DNA of 64,000 bases from NCBI GenBank assembly GCA_049585595.1, contig JBAVAG010000013.1, positions 23,643 to 87,642 on the forward strand, in the 5' to 3' direction. How positions within the stretch are numbered: the first letter of the stretch is position 1; every line of letters begins with the position of its first letter. Shown here in pieces: positions 18,412 to 26,766 of the stretch. The notes beneath the pieces were generated by a model. It saw only the letters and a program-made list of their open reading frames with translations. It was not told where the DNA came from and ran no database searches. The DNA comes from Desulfobaccales bacterium (GTDB taxonomy: Bacteria; Desulfobacterota; Desulfobaccia; Desulfobaccales; 0-14-0-80-60-11). The position numbers and the translations under genes are program-made.

Positions 18412-20340
18412 TCAGCGACCCATCAAGAGGTAGATCCCGACCCCGGCCACAACTACAACCATGAAGAACAGATTGTATTGCAAAAAGGCGGTCTGGACGA
18501 AAGAGAGCAGCCTGCCGCTGCCGACGGTGGAGAGGGCCACCGCGTCCACCCCGCCGTCCACCACCCGGCGGTCATTGAGGGTAAATATCCGGGAAAAGGT
18601 GCCGTAAATCACGGTGTTGAGGAACCAGCGCCAGAAGTCGTCCATATACCATTTCCGAATGAAGAATTCCTGCAGCCATGGAACTTTTTGGATAAATCCC
18701 TGGCACTTGGCGCCTTGCGCGCCCCAATCGAACCAGGCCACTGCAATGCCGCCCACGCCGCAGCATAAGGCGCCAGCCATCAGGAAATAATTGAGCGCCT
18801 CGGGACCTGCTTCCCCCAACAACAACTTCTGCAGATAGCCCTCGCAGAAACCGAGGGTCAGGGTGAAGAGGGCCAGGACGATGAGGGGAAAAACCATGAC
18901 CCAGGGCACCCTGTGGTGTTCGTCGGTGGCGTCGCCGTGCGCGTGCCCGTGGCCGGGGTGAGCCTCCACGTGGCCGGGGACCTTCCCGTAGGCGCCGGGT
19001 TTGGGAAAGAGCATGACAAAGATCACCCGGAAGGAGTAATAGGCGGTCAGGAAGGCGCCCAAAAGCCCCATGGCCAGCCAGAACTTGTTAGGCAGTTGGT
19101 TTAGGGCCCCCATCACCAGCTCCTTGCTAAAGAAGCCGGACAGGGGAGGGATGCCCGCCAGGGCCAGGGCGGCAATGGTCATACAGACCATGGGAATCGC
19201 CAGCTTCCGCCCCCCGTTGCTGGCCATGGTGAAAAAGTCGTTGGTGCCGAAATGATGAATGAAGACCCCGGAACAGAGGAAGAGCAGGGCCTTGAAGGCG
19301 GCGTGGGTGGTTAGGTGGTAATAGCCTGGGAACAGGGTGCCGGAGGCCAGTCCGGCGGCGGCCAGCCCCATGGCCATGAAGCCCAGTTGGCTGATGGTGG
19401 AATAGGCCCACACCTGTTTGATGTCGGTAGCCACCATCCCGATGGTGGAGGAGATCAACAGGGTTAGGGTGGAAATCGCCAGAATTACAGTCATGGCTGT
19501 GGCCGAAGCCGAGAAAAACGGGAAGATGCGGGTCATGAGATAGATGCCGGCGGCCACCATGGTGGCGGAGTGGAGCAGGGCCGAGACCGGGGTGGGGCCT
19601 TCCATGGCGTCGGGCAGCCAGACGTGCAGGGGGAACTGGGCGCTCTTGCCCATGACTCCGCAAAAGATCAGCAAAGCCGCAGGGGTGAGCAGCCAGGGAG
19701 GCATGGTTTTGGCCACGGCCGCGGCGTTAACCGAGGCGATATCCAGGTTGCCGTAAAATATGGTGAGGAATACCAGCCCCATGAAGAAGCCGATGTCGCC
19801 GAAGCGGGTGACCACAAATGCCTTCTTCCCGGCCTCCGAGGCGGAGAATTTCTCATACCAGAAGCCGATGAGCAGGTAGGAGGCCAGGCCCACCAGCTCC
19901 CAGGCGATGTAAAGCTGCAAGAGGCCGCTGGAGATCACCAGGGTGAGCATGGCCAGGGCGAAGAGGGAGAGGTCGGCATAGTAGCGCCCGAACCCCGGGT
20001 CCCCGTCCATGTAACCGATGGAATAGATCTGCACCAGCCAACTGATGGTGGCCACGATACAGAGCATCACCAGGCTGGTGGGGTCCAGGAGGAAACCGAA
20101 GGGGACCTTGACCACGTCCGAAACCAGCCAGTGGAAGTTATAGATGATGGGCTTTTCCAGGCCCCCCAGCGTGAAGAAAAAGCTCCAGGCAATAATGAGG
20201 GGGATAGTGGAGGCCGTGAGCGAGATGGCCAGCGAGAGGCAGGGCCTGTTTCTGGTGAAGATCATGATCAGACCAAAGGCCGCCAGCGGCAGAAATACCG
20301 TCAGCAGACAGCCCCAAAGGATCGGATCGGACGAGCCCAT
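18412..20340 (-). CDS. nuoL: NADH-quinone oxidoreductase subunit L
   Basis: 642-aa antiporter-like subunit with the long C-terminal extension typical of NuoL. Confidence 0.9.
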   Translation of the reverse strand: MGSSDPILWGCLLTVFLPLAAFGLIMIFTRNRPCLSLAISLTASTIPLIIAWSFFFTLGGLEKPIIYNFHWLVSDVVKVPFGFLLDPTSLVMLCIVATISWLVQIYSIGYMDGDPGFGRYYADLSLFALAMLTLVISSGLLQLYIAWELVGLASYLLIGFWYEKFSASEAGKKAFVVTRFGDIGFFMGLVFLTIFYGNLDIASVNAAAVAKTMPPWLLTPAALLIFCGVMGKSAQFPLHVWLPDAMEGPTPVSALLHSATMVAAGIYLMTRIFPFFSASATAMTVILAISTLTLLISSTIGMVATDIKQVWAYSTISQLGFMAMGLAAAGLASGTLFPGYYHLTTHAAFKALLFLCSGVFIHHFGTNDFFTMASNGGRKLAIPMVCMTIAALALAGIPPLSGFFSKELVMGALNQLPNKFWLAMGLLGAFLTAYYSFRVIFVMLFPKPGAYGKVPGHVEAHPGHGHAHGDATDEHHRVPWVMVFPLIVLALFTLTLGFCEGYLQKLLLGEAGPEALNYFLMAGALCCGVGGIAVAWFDWGAQGAKCQGFIQKVPWLQEFFIRKWYMDDFWRWFLNTVIYGTFSRIFTLNDRRVVDGGVDAVALSTVGSGRLLSFVQTAFLQYNLFFMVVVVAGVGIYLLMGR

Positions 20341-20342
20341 GG

Positions 20343-20660
20343 TTAACCCCTCAGTTCCGTGGCTTGATCGATATTCACGGTTTTAATCCTGCGGTACACC
20401 GCGATAATGATACTCAGGGCGATGGCGGCTTCCGCGGCAGCCACCGCCATGATGAACAGGGTGATGATCTGGCCCACCGCCGGCTGCGGAGCCAGGAAAC
20501 GGTTGAAGGCCATGAAGTTGATGCTGGCGGCGTTGAGGATGAGTTCCACCGAAATGAGCACCGCGATCAGGTTGCGCCGCGCCAGCACTCCATAAAGGCC
20601 GATGGCGAAGAGCACCAGGGCCAGAAAGAGATAGGTCTGCAAATGGTTAAAGAGCAGCAT
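20343..20660 (-). CDS. nuoK: NADH-quinone oxidoreductase subunit K
   Basis: 105 aa with three TM helices. Position and size match NuoK. Confidence 0.9.
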   Translation of the reverse strand: MLLFNHLQTYLFLALVLFAIGLYGVLARRNLIAVLISVELILNAASINFMAFNRFLAPQPAVGQIITLFIMAVAAAEAAIALSIIIAVYRRIKTVNIDQATELRG

Positions 20661-20663
20661 CGA

Positions 20664-21200
20664 TCACCTCTCGGGAGCCCCGCGGCCGCGGCCGCCCCGG
20701 GCCGTGACCATGGCCCCCAGCATGGCCACCAGTAAGAGCAGGGAAACCACTTCAAAGATCAGGGAATAAGTGGTCAGGAGGTAATGCCCCAGGGTGGTTA
20801 CCGACCAATCGGAGGCGCGCACCGGGGCCGGGATCCAGGTAGTCTTTTTCAGCAGCAGCGAAAGGAAGATGAAGACCGCCAGGGCGCCAGCCAGGGCAGC
20901 CGTGATCTTCAAGGGGTTTCGGGGAGGCCGGGGCAGGTATTGGGGTTCTGAAAGCATCACCGCAAAGCAGATGGCGACGCAGATGGCGCCCACGTAGATG
21001 AGGATCTCCATCAGGGCCACAAAGGGGCTGTTTAAATAGACGAAGAGGCCCGCAACCCCGAAGAGCGCCAAAGCCAGCCCCAGGACATTATGAAAGATCT
21101 TGCGGGCCGCCACCGCAATCAAGGCGCCCAGGATGGTCAGGGCCGCTATCAGGATAAAGGCGGCGGCGGCCAGGTTTTCCGGACTTAAGAGGGCGCTCAT
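20664..21200 (-). CDS. nuoJ: NADH-quinone oxidoreductase subunit J
   Basis: 178-aa membrane protein between nuoI and nuoK. Confidence 0.85.
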   Translation of the reverse strand: MSALLSPENLAAAAFILIAALTILGALIAVAARKIFHNVLGLALALFGVAGLFVYLNSPFVALMEILIYVGAICVAICFAVMLSEPQYLPRPPRNPLKITAALAGALAVFIFLSLLLKKTTWIPAPVRASDWSVTTLGHYLLTTYSLIFEVVSLLLLVAMLGAMVTARGGRGRGAPER

Positions 21201-21838
21201 TTTTTGACCTCTTCAGGTTCAGGCTCCGCCTTTGGCGGCTTGTTCTCCTCCGGGGGCTGGGCGGGTTTGGCCGCCTTCGCCTGGGCCGCCTTGGCCGCCG
21301 CCTCTTTTTCCCGGGCTTCCCGGGCGGCCGCCTCAGCCGCCTCGGCCGCGGCTATCTCTGCCGCGGTGGGAATGGGGGTGAGGGGTAAACCGGCGGCCTG
21401 CTGGCGCTCTTGCAAAAGGGTCAGGTGATCGATGACCGCATCCTCGCGGCGAAAACCCGCCAGGCGGTATTCCCGGGAATATTCCAAGGCCGTGGTTGGG
21501 CAGACCTCGAGGCATAGTCCGCAGAGACTGCAGTAGTAGTACTGGTGGACGTAAGTGTAGGGCACCTTCTGCTTGGCCCCCGGCAGCTTGACCCCAGAGA
21601 GCGAGATGAGCTGGGACGGGCAGATGCGGGCGCACATCTCGCAGGCGATGCAGCGATGCGTCTGGGTCTCGGGGTCGAGGATAAAGCGGGGATAGCCGCG
21701 ATAGGCGGGGCTCATCTCGATCTTCTGGCGGGGGTACTGGACGGTGACCACGGGTTTGAAGAAATAACGGATAGTCACCGCCATGCCCGCCAGCAGGCTC
21801 CAGAATCCCGAGGCAATCTCTCTAAAATAGGTCAGCAT
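21197..21838 (-). CDS. nuoI: NADH-quinone oxidoreductase subunit I (2x[4Fe-4S]) with an Ala/Glu/Lys/Pro-rich C-terminal tail of about 70 aa
   Basis: CIACEMCARICP and CSLCGLCLEVCP cluster motifs. Tail reads AAEIAAAEAAEAAAREAREKEAAAKAAQAKAAKPAQPPEENKPPKAEPEPEEVKK. Confidence 0.9.
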   Translation of the reverse strand: MLTYFREIASGFWSLLAGMAVTIRYFFKPVVTVQYPRQKIEMSPAYRGYPRFILDPETQTHRCIACEMCARICPSQLISLSGVKLPGAKQKVPYTYVHQYYYCSLCGLCLEVCPTTALEYSREYRLAGFRREDAVIDHLTLLQERQQAAGLPLTPIPTAAEIAAAEAAEAAAREAREKEAAAKAAQAKAAKPAQPPEENKPPKAEPEPEEVKK

Positions 21839-21864
21839 GGCTCAGTCAACCGTAAGCGGCCCTC

Positions 21865-22839
21865 TCACCTGAGTTTCAATACCAGGGCGGTGACCAGCAG
21901 ATTGGCGAAGGCCAGGGGAATCAAGACCTTCCAGGCCAGGGTGATCAACTGATCGAAGCGTACCCGGGGGAAGGTCCAGCGGAACCACATCATCAGAAAG
22001 ATGAGGGCGTAGACCTTCAGGAGAAACCAGATCACCCCGGGCAGGATGGGGCCTTGCCAGCCCCCCAGGAAAAGGACGGCGGCCACCGCCGAGGTGATGA
22101 ACATATTAGTGTATTCCGCCAGGAAGAACAGGGCGAAGCGCATGCCGGTATATTCCGTGTGGAACCCGGCCACCAATTCTGACTCGGCTTCCGGCAGGTC
22201 GAAGGGGGCGCGGTTGGTTTCGGCAGTGGCGCAAGTAATAAAAAGGATAAAGGCCAGGGGCTGCACCAGGATGAACCAGTGAGAACTCTGGGCCGCCACG
22301 ATGTCCGAGAGCTTGAAGGAGCCCACCATCAGGATCACGCTCATCACCGTGATGAGCAGAGGGATTTCGTAAGCAATATTCTGGGCCACCGAGCGGATGG
22401 CCCCCAAAACCGCGTATTTATTATTGGAAGACCAGCCGGCCATGAGGATGGCCAGGACCGCCAGGGTGGAAAAGGCGAGGATCAGCACGATCCCCACGTT
22501 CAGGTCCCTGATGATCAGGGACCGGGAAAAGGGGATCACCAGAAAGGAGAGCAACGCCGGCAGGAAGATGACGATGGGGGCCAGCCGGTAAATGGGCCGG
22601 TCCACCTCTTCCGGGGTGATGAGCTCCTTGCTGATTAGTTTCAGGGTGTCGGCCACGGTTTGCAAGGCGCCGTGGGGCCCCACTTCCATGGGACCCAGGC
22701 GGAGCTGCATGTGGGCCGAGACCTTGCGCTCCATCCAGATGAGAAACAGGGCGTTCACGACAACCAGGGCAATGACCCCGATGAGGCCGATGATCATCCT
22801 GCCTGCTTCCGTTCCCCAATATTGCGCCAACATTTCCAT
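21865..22839 (-). CDS. nuoH: NADH-quinone oxidoreductase subunit H
   Basis: 324-aa polytopic protein with [21 protein letters not shown], the NuoH/ND1 signature. Confidence 0.93.
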   Translation of the reverse strand: MEMLAQYWGTEAGRMIIGLIGVIALVVVNALFLIWMERKVSAHMQLRLGPMEVGPHGALQTVADTLKLISKELITPEEVDRPIYRLAPIVIFLPALLSFLVIPFSRSLIIRDLNVGIVLILAFSTLAVLAILMAGWSSNNKYAVLGAIRSVAQNIAYEIPLLITVMSVILMVGSFKLSDIVAAQSSHWFILVQPLAFILFITCATAETNRAPFDLPEAESELVAGFHTEYTGMRFALFFLAEYTNMFITSAVAAVLFLGGWQGPILPGVIWFLLKVYALIFLMMWFRWTFPRVRFDQLITLAWKVLIPLAFANLLVTALVLKLR

Positions 22840-22941
22840 AGTCAGTAGTCAGTTGCCAGTAGCCAGTAATCAGTGGTCAGTGGTCAGTGTTAGTTGCCAG
22901 TAAAAACAGAAAACAGAAAACAGAAAACAGAAAACCATCAG
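22840..22941. repeat. Heptamer-periodic tandem array filling the whole nuoD-nuoH spacer: about 8 CAGTNNN units then (CAGAAAA)x4
   Basis: cagtagt cagttgc cagtagc cagtaat cagtggt cagtggt cagtgtt agttgc cagtaaaaa, then cagaaaa x4 (22907-22934). Confidence 0.95.
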
Positions 22942-24072
22942 TTAGCGGTCGATTTCCGGAATCACCAGGTCCACCGAGCCCAGGATAGCCACCAAGTCGG
23001 CCACGAGGGTGTCCACCGCCACCTCGGGAATGATGCTGAGATTGCCGAAGGACGGCACCCGGAGTTTAATGCGGTAGGGTTTGATATCGCCCTGGCTGAC
23101 GATATAACAGCCGAATTCGCCCCGGGCGCTTTCCACCGCCTGATAGACCTCACCCGCGGCAGGTATCAGGCGTTTGGGCACCTTCTCCGCCATGATGGGG
23201 CCGTTGGGGAGCTTGTTGAGGGCCTGCTCGACGATCCGCAGGCTCTGCTCCATTTCCAGCATGCGGACGAGATAGCGGTCGAAGACGTCGCCCCTGCTGC
23301 CGACGGGAATCTGAAAGTCGAAGGCCGGGTAGGCGGAATAGGGCTCGCTCTTGCGGATGTCGTAAGCGATGCCGCTGCCCCGGAGGCTGGGGCCGGTGAT
23401 GCCGTATTGCACCGCCTGGTCTCTGGTGATCACACCGACGTCTCGGGTGCGGTTGATGAAGATGACGTTCTTGGTGACCAGCGACTCGTAATCCCTGAAG
23501 CGGCTGCGCAACCGTTTGATAAAGGCCCGGGCGCCGGTGATGAACTCCTCGTCGAGGTCCCGGGGCGCTCCGCCGAAGCGGAAGAAGCAGTAAGTGAGCC
23601 GGGAACCGGTGATCCGGTCCAGCAGGTCCAGGATATGTTCCCGATCATCGAAGGAATAGAGGATAGGGGTGAAGGCCCCCAGGTCCAGGAGATAGGCGCC
23701 CATCCAAAGGAGGTGGGAGGAGATGCGGTTCAGTTCGCTCAAAATTACCCGGATGAACTCCCCCCGCTCCGGCACCGTGAGTCCGACGAGTTTTTCCACC
23801 GCCATGCAGTAGCCCTGATTGTAGGCCAGGGCGTGCACGTAATCGACCCGGCCCATGTTGGGCAGGAACTGCTGGTAGTTGCGATTCTCGGCCATGTGCT
23901 CGTGGCCCCGGTGGCCGTAGCCAATGACCGGTTCAGCCTTGGTAATATACTCCCCGTCCATCGTCAGGAGCACCCGCAGGACCCCGTGGGTGCTGGGATG
24001 CTGCGGACCCAGGTTGAGGGTATAGTTCTTTTCTTCTATTCCTAACTCAATCATTTTTGGATTCGGCTCCAA
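22942..24072 (-). CDS. nuoD: NADH-quinone oxidoreductase subunit D
   Basis: 376 aa. LNLGPQHPSTHGVLR, with C-terminus ending EIDR. The start may be the ATG at 24054, which overlaps the nuoC stop. Confidence 0.93.
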   Translation of the reverse strand: MEPNPKMIELGIEEKNYTLNLGPQHPSTHGVLRVLLTMDGEYITKAEPVIGYGHRGHEHMAENRNYQQFLPNMGRVDYVHALAYNQGYCMAVEKLVGLTVPERGEFIRVILSELNRISSHLLWMGAYLLDLGAFTPILYSFDDREHILDLLDRITGSRLTYCFFRFGGAPRDLDEEFITGARAFIKRLRSRFRDYESLVTKNVIFINRTRDVGVITRDQAVQYGITGPSLRGSGIAYDIRKSEPYSAYPAFDFQIPVGSRGDVFDRYLVRMLEMEQSLRIVEQALNKLPNGPIMAEKVPKRLIPAAGEVYQAVESARGEFGCYIVSQGDIKPYRIKLRVPSFGNLSIIPEVAVDTLVADLVAILGSVDLVIPEIDR

Positions 24073-24502
24073 AATCTTTCAGCAACGGATGGAAATCGGC
24101 GTCTTCCGGCAGCAGCAGGCGCTTCAGGTTGGGGTGTCCGGCGAACTTGATGCCGAAGAGATCGAAAACCTCCCGTTCGTACCAATCGGCGCCCGGATAT
24201 ACCCGGGAGATGGTGGGCGGCTGGGCCTCCTGCCCTGCTTTCGCCAGGGAGGCGCGCACTACGGTGCGGCACAGTTCATCAAAACTGGCGAAGTGATAGA
24301 CCAGCGTGAAGGATTCCCGCAGGTCCACCGCGGTGAGAGATTCGAGAAAGCAGCGCTGGTCCAGCATGGTCCTTGCCACGGCCGGCATCTGCCCGGGAGC
24401 CGCGGCCACCTCCAGGTGATAACCGGTCTTTGAGTAATCGCCGTCGCTCACCTGGGACAGGTTCAAGGGGGCCAGGGCTGCTTTGATATTATCCTTTAAC
24501 AT
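24047..24502 (-). CDS. nuoC: NADH-quinone oxidoreductase subunit C
   Basis: [31 protein letters not shown]. The ORF track starts at 24607, but that stretch overlaps nuoB. MLKDN at 24502 overlaps the nuoB stop by 14 nt. Confidence 0.88.
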   Translation of the reverse strand: MLKDNIKAALAPLNLSQVSDGDYSKTGYHLEVAAAPGQMPAVARTMLDQRCFLESLTAVDLRESFTLVYHFASFDELCRTVVRASLAKAGQEAQPPTISRVYPGADWYEREVFDLFGIKFAGHPNLKRLLLPEDADFHPLLKDFGAESKND

Positions 24503-24989
24503 TTCTGAACTTCCTGAGGCGGCCCCGTTTGGTGATCTTCTCTTCCAGCATGAGGATCGATTCGATGATGGCCTCGGGCCGGGGCGGGCAGCCGGGTATA
24601 TAGACATCCACCGGGATGATCAGGTCGGCGCCGGGGACGATGGCGTACTGGTTCGGGTAGTAGAAGGGGCCGCCGGAGATGGCGCAGTTGCCCATGGCGA
24701 TCACCCACTTGGGAGCCGGCATCTGCTCATAGAGGCGAACCACGGCCGGGGCCATCTTCTTGGAGATGGTGCCGGCCACGATCATCAAGTCCGATTGCCG
24801 GGGAGAGGGGCGAAAGACCCCGGCCCCGAAGCGGTCCAGGTCGAAACGGGCCATGCCCGCGGCCATCATTTCGATGGCACAGCAGGCCAGCCCGAAGGTC
24901 AGGGGCCACAGGGAGTTGGCCCTGGCCAGGTTCAGGGCTTCTTCCAGGAGGCCCAGGCGGATTAAGGGGTCACCTGTTTTCGTTTCCAA
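24489..24989 (-). CDS. nuoB: NADH-quinone oxidoreductase subunit B
   Basis: [20 protein letters not shown] and PGCPPRPEA (N2 cluster ligands). Confidence 0.95.
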   Translation of the reverse strand: METKTGDPLIRLGLLEEALNLARANSLWPLTFGLACCAIEMMAAGMARFDLDRFGAGVFRPSPRQSDLMIVAGTISKKMAPAVVRLYEQMPAPKWVIAMGNCAISGGPFYYPNQYAIVPGADLIIPVDVYIPGCPPRPEAIIESILMLEEKITKRGRLRKFRNVKG

Positions 24990-25354
24990 CTGAAGACTCC
25001 TCGGCGCCAGGCATAAACCAGGACCAGGGAAAGAATGCCGATGAAGATGGTGATTTCCACAAAGTCGAGCCAGGCGTATCCCTTGCCATAAGCCAGCAGA
25101 ACCGGGAAGAGGAAGAGCACGTCCACGTCAAAGGCCAGGAACAGCAGGGCGAACAGATAATAGATGACCGCCACCTGAATCCAGGCGCTGCCGATGGCGG
25201 GCATCCCGCACTCATAAATGTCGTCCCGGGCGGCCCCATAGCTCCGGGGGGCGATCAGGTGGGCCAGGATGATGGGGCCCAGGGCGAAGAGGGCGGCCCC
25301 CACCAGGAAGACCAGGACAAAGGAGAAATCGTTCAAGGCCTGCGGGAGTTCCAA
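24962..25354 (-). CDS. nuoA: NADH-quinone oxidoreductase subunit A
   Basis: 130 aa with three TM helices and YECGMP. TTG start with AGGAG 7 nt upstream. Confidence 0.88.
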   Translation of the reverse strand: MELPQALNDFSFVLVFLVGAALFALGPIILAHLIAPRSYGAARDDIYECGMPAIGSAWIQVAVIYYLFALLFLAFDVDVLFLFPVLLAYGKGYAWLDFVEITIFIGILSLVLVYAWRRGVFSWKRKQVTP

Positions 25355-25389
25355 GGCCGGCTCCTTGTGCTTTTTGGTACAACTTTACT

Positions 25390-25419
25390 TTTATATCCCA
25401 GATGAAAAATCTTAGTCAA
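25390..25419 (-). promoter_or_regulatory. Candidate sigma70-type promoter of the nuo operon
   Basis: On the minus strand: TTGACT (25419-25414), 18-nt spacer, TATAAA (25395-25390), about 35 nt upstream of the nuoA start. Confidence 0.4.
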
Positions 25420-25463
25420 GGAGTTTGTAACAGGACAGGCTAATTTATTCGCAGGGCGGGCCC

Positions 25464-25492
25464 CCGTAAGGCGGGAAAGCGAAGCGCCTCCC
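25464..25492. repeat. GC-rich palindromic unit (inverted copy of the GGCGGGA..TTCCCGCC repeat)
   Basis: The reverse complement contains gggaggcgcttcgctttcccgcc, identical to 26683-26705. Confidence 0.8.
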
Positions 25493-25600
25493 CCCTTCGG
25501 GTACTGGGGTAATCTTAAATCAGGCCCGAATTCGGTGTTTATGGTTGTGAGTGGGCTGGAGATGAGGACGTTAGGCGTCTGGAGAGGGAAGGGGGCGAAA

Positions 25601-25635
25601 GGCGGGAGACGCGTCGCTTTCCCGCCCTACGGTCC
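25601..25635. repeat. 35-bp repeat, left copy of the direct repeat flanking the riboswitch/PEP-CTERM cassette
   Basis: ggcgggagacgcgtcgctttcccgccctacggtcc matches 26679-26713 at 32 of 35 positions. Confidence 0.85.
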
Positions 25636-25678
25636 TTTTATAATGAGTATAATTTTCTATTAAATTCCTATAGAGACC

Positions 25679-25707
25679 TTGACTGATTTCAAAATAATAC
25701 CTATATG
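25679..25707 (+). promoter_or_regulatory. Candidate sigma70-type promoter driving the riboswitch leader
   Basis: TTGACT (25679-84), 17-nt spacer, TATATG (25702-07). Confidence 0.45.
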
Positions 25708-25715
25708 CATGATAC

Positions 25716-25793
25716 GGAAAAAGCCAAACCCGCCGCGAGGCGGGGACGGAAAGCCACGGGTCCCTGTGGTGAGAGAGATAGCCGGGTTGCCTG
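25716..25793 (+). promoter_or_regulatory. c-di-GMP-I (GEMM-I)-like riboswitch aptamer
   Basis: GCCAAACC-CGCC-GCGA-GGCG-GGGACGGAAAGCC-ACGGG...GAUAGCCGGGUUGCC parallels the V. cholerae Vc2 aptamer as I recall it (GGCAAACC-AUUC-GAAA-GAGU-GGGACGCAAAGCC-UCCGG...GGUAGCGGGGUUACC). GNRA tetraloop present. Confidence 0.6.
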
Positions 25794-25814
25794 GAAGGCA
25801 AACCGTTTTTTTTT
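25785..25814 (+). terminator. Intrinsic terminator forming the riboswitch expression platform
   Basis: GGTTGCC (25785-91), loop TGGAA, GGCAAACC (25797-804, one bulge), then G plus T9. The left arm is shared with the 3' end of the aptamer. Confidence 0.6.
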
Positions 25815-25917
25815 CGTTTGAGCCTGGACAAGAGCGTAGATGCGAGAATCAATATAAATCGATAGTTAAAGAGGTTCACCCAGGCAAGAAACCTTTCTTA
25901 ACGAAGAGGAGGAGGCA

Positions 25918-26448
25918 ATGAGAGCAGTCAGGCGCGCCTTAAAATTCATCGTGGCCAGTGTGGCTAGCGCAACATTGATTATGGCAATTTTCGCCCCGGT
26001 TGCTATGGCGATACCTACTGGTTTGCCGGCGACGCTGACCCCGGGGGCCGAAACTGGACCCACATCCTAGGACTGGAATCTCTTCACGGGTACCGGAGAA
26101 TACCTGGCAACCGGCGACACCTTAACGCTGTCGGGGATAGGGGGTGTCACTGCGGTCAGCGCTCCCAGTTATGGGACGTGGTTAACCTCGTTCACCAGCA
26201 GCACGGTGACGTGGACCTATGAATCGGGAGTAGGGACTCCCGGCATAACGATCTATGGATTTGATGTAACGACGTCGCCGGAAGCTACCGGCACGATAGA
26301 CTGGAGTGCAATGGAGACATCTGAGCTTGGCTCCACTTTCACTGGCACGGCGATTGGGCCCGTTCCGGTGCCAGCCCCGGTGTTCCTGCTGGGAACTGGC
26401 CTCCTGGCGCTGGCGTGGTTCCGCCGGAAAAAGCCTTCGGGGATATAA
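25918..26448 (+). pseudogene. Secreted PEP-CTERM-anchored protein gene interrupted by one in-frame TAG (pseudogene or read-through)
   Basis: GAGGAGGAGG RBS and ATG at 25918. Sec signal MRAVRRALKFIVASVASATLIMAIFAPVAMA. TAG at 26068-26070. The same frame continues for 125 codons (the track ORF 26206-26448 is its tail) and ends VPVPAPVFLLGTGLLALAWFRRKK, a PEP-CTERM-type sorting signal. Confidence 0.7.
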
Positions 26449-26678
26449 CCGCACCGCCAGCGGCAGCTCCTCCTCGGTTCCGGCCTCCTGGTTCTGGGGG
26501 GCTTAAGGATGTGCCAAAAGAGTTAATACACCTCCTCCATCAGAATTACCCGAGGCATGGTCAGTTATGGCCCTGCCTTTTTTATTCCAGACTAAAATAG
26601 GCCCTAATGGGGTATTTATTACCTTGGGTGGGGGGAGCAGTGACGAGGTTAGGGGTCAGGGGATAGAATGATTCGCAA

Positions 26679-26713
26679 GGCGGGAGGCGCTTCGCTTTCC
26701 CGCCCTACGGTCC
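26679..26713. repeat. 35-bp repeat, right copy of the direct repeat flanking the riboswitch/PEP-CTERM cassette
   Basis: ggcgggaggcgcttcgctttcccgccctacggtcc. Confidence 0.85.
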
Positions 26714-26766
26714 CACAGTCATTTGCTTGATCCAATGCGGCCCATTAATGGTTCGCACCTATTAGG

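Noticed and set aside
24503-24607. N-terminal extension of the nuoC ORF. Similar track extensions occur at 13873-14091 (activator), 33736-33885 (OYE) and 52043-52393 (cupin).
   Set aside because: The extensions overlap the preceding gene or lack similarity to the family. Internal starts have better RBSs and coincide with the beginning of the conserved domain.
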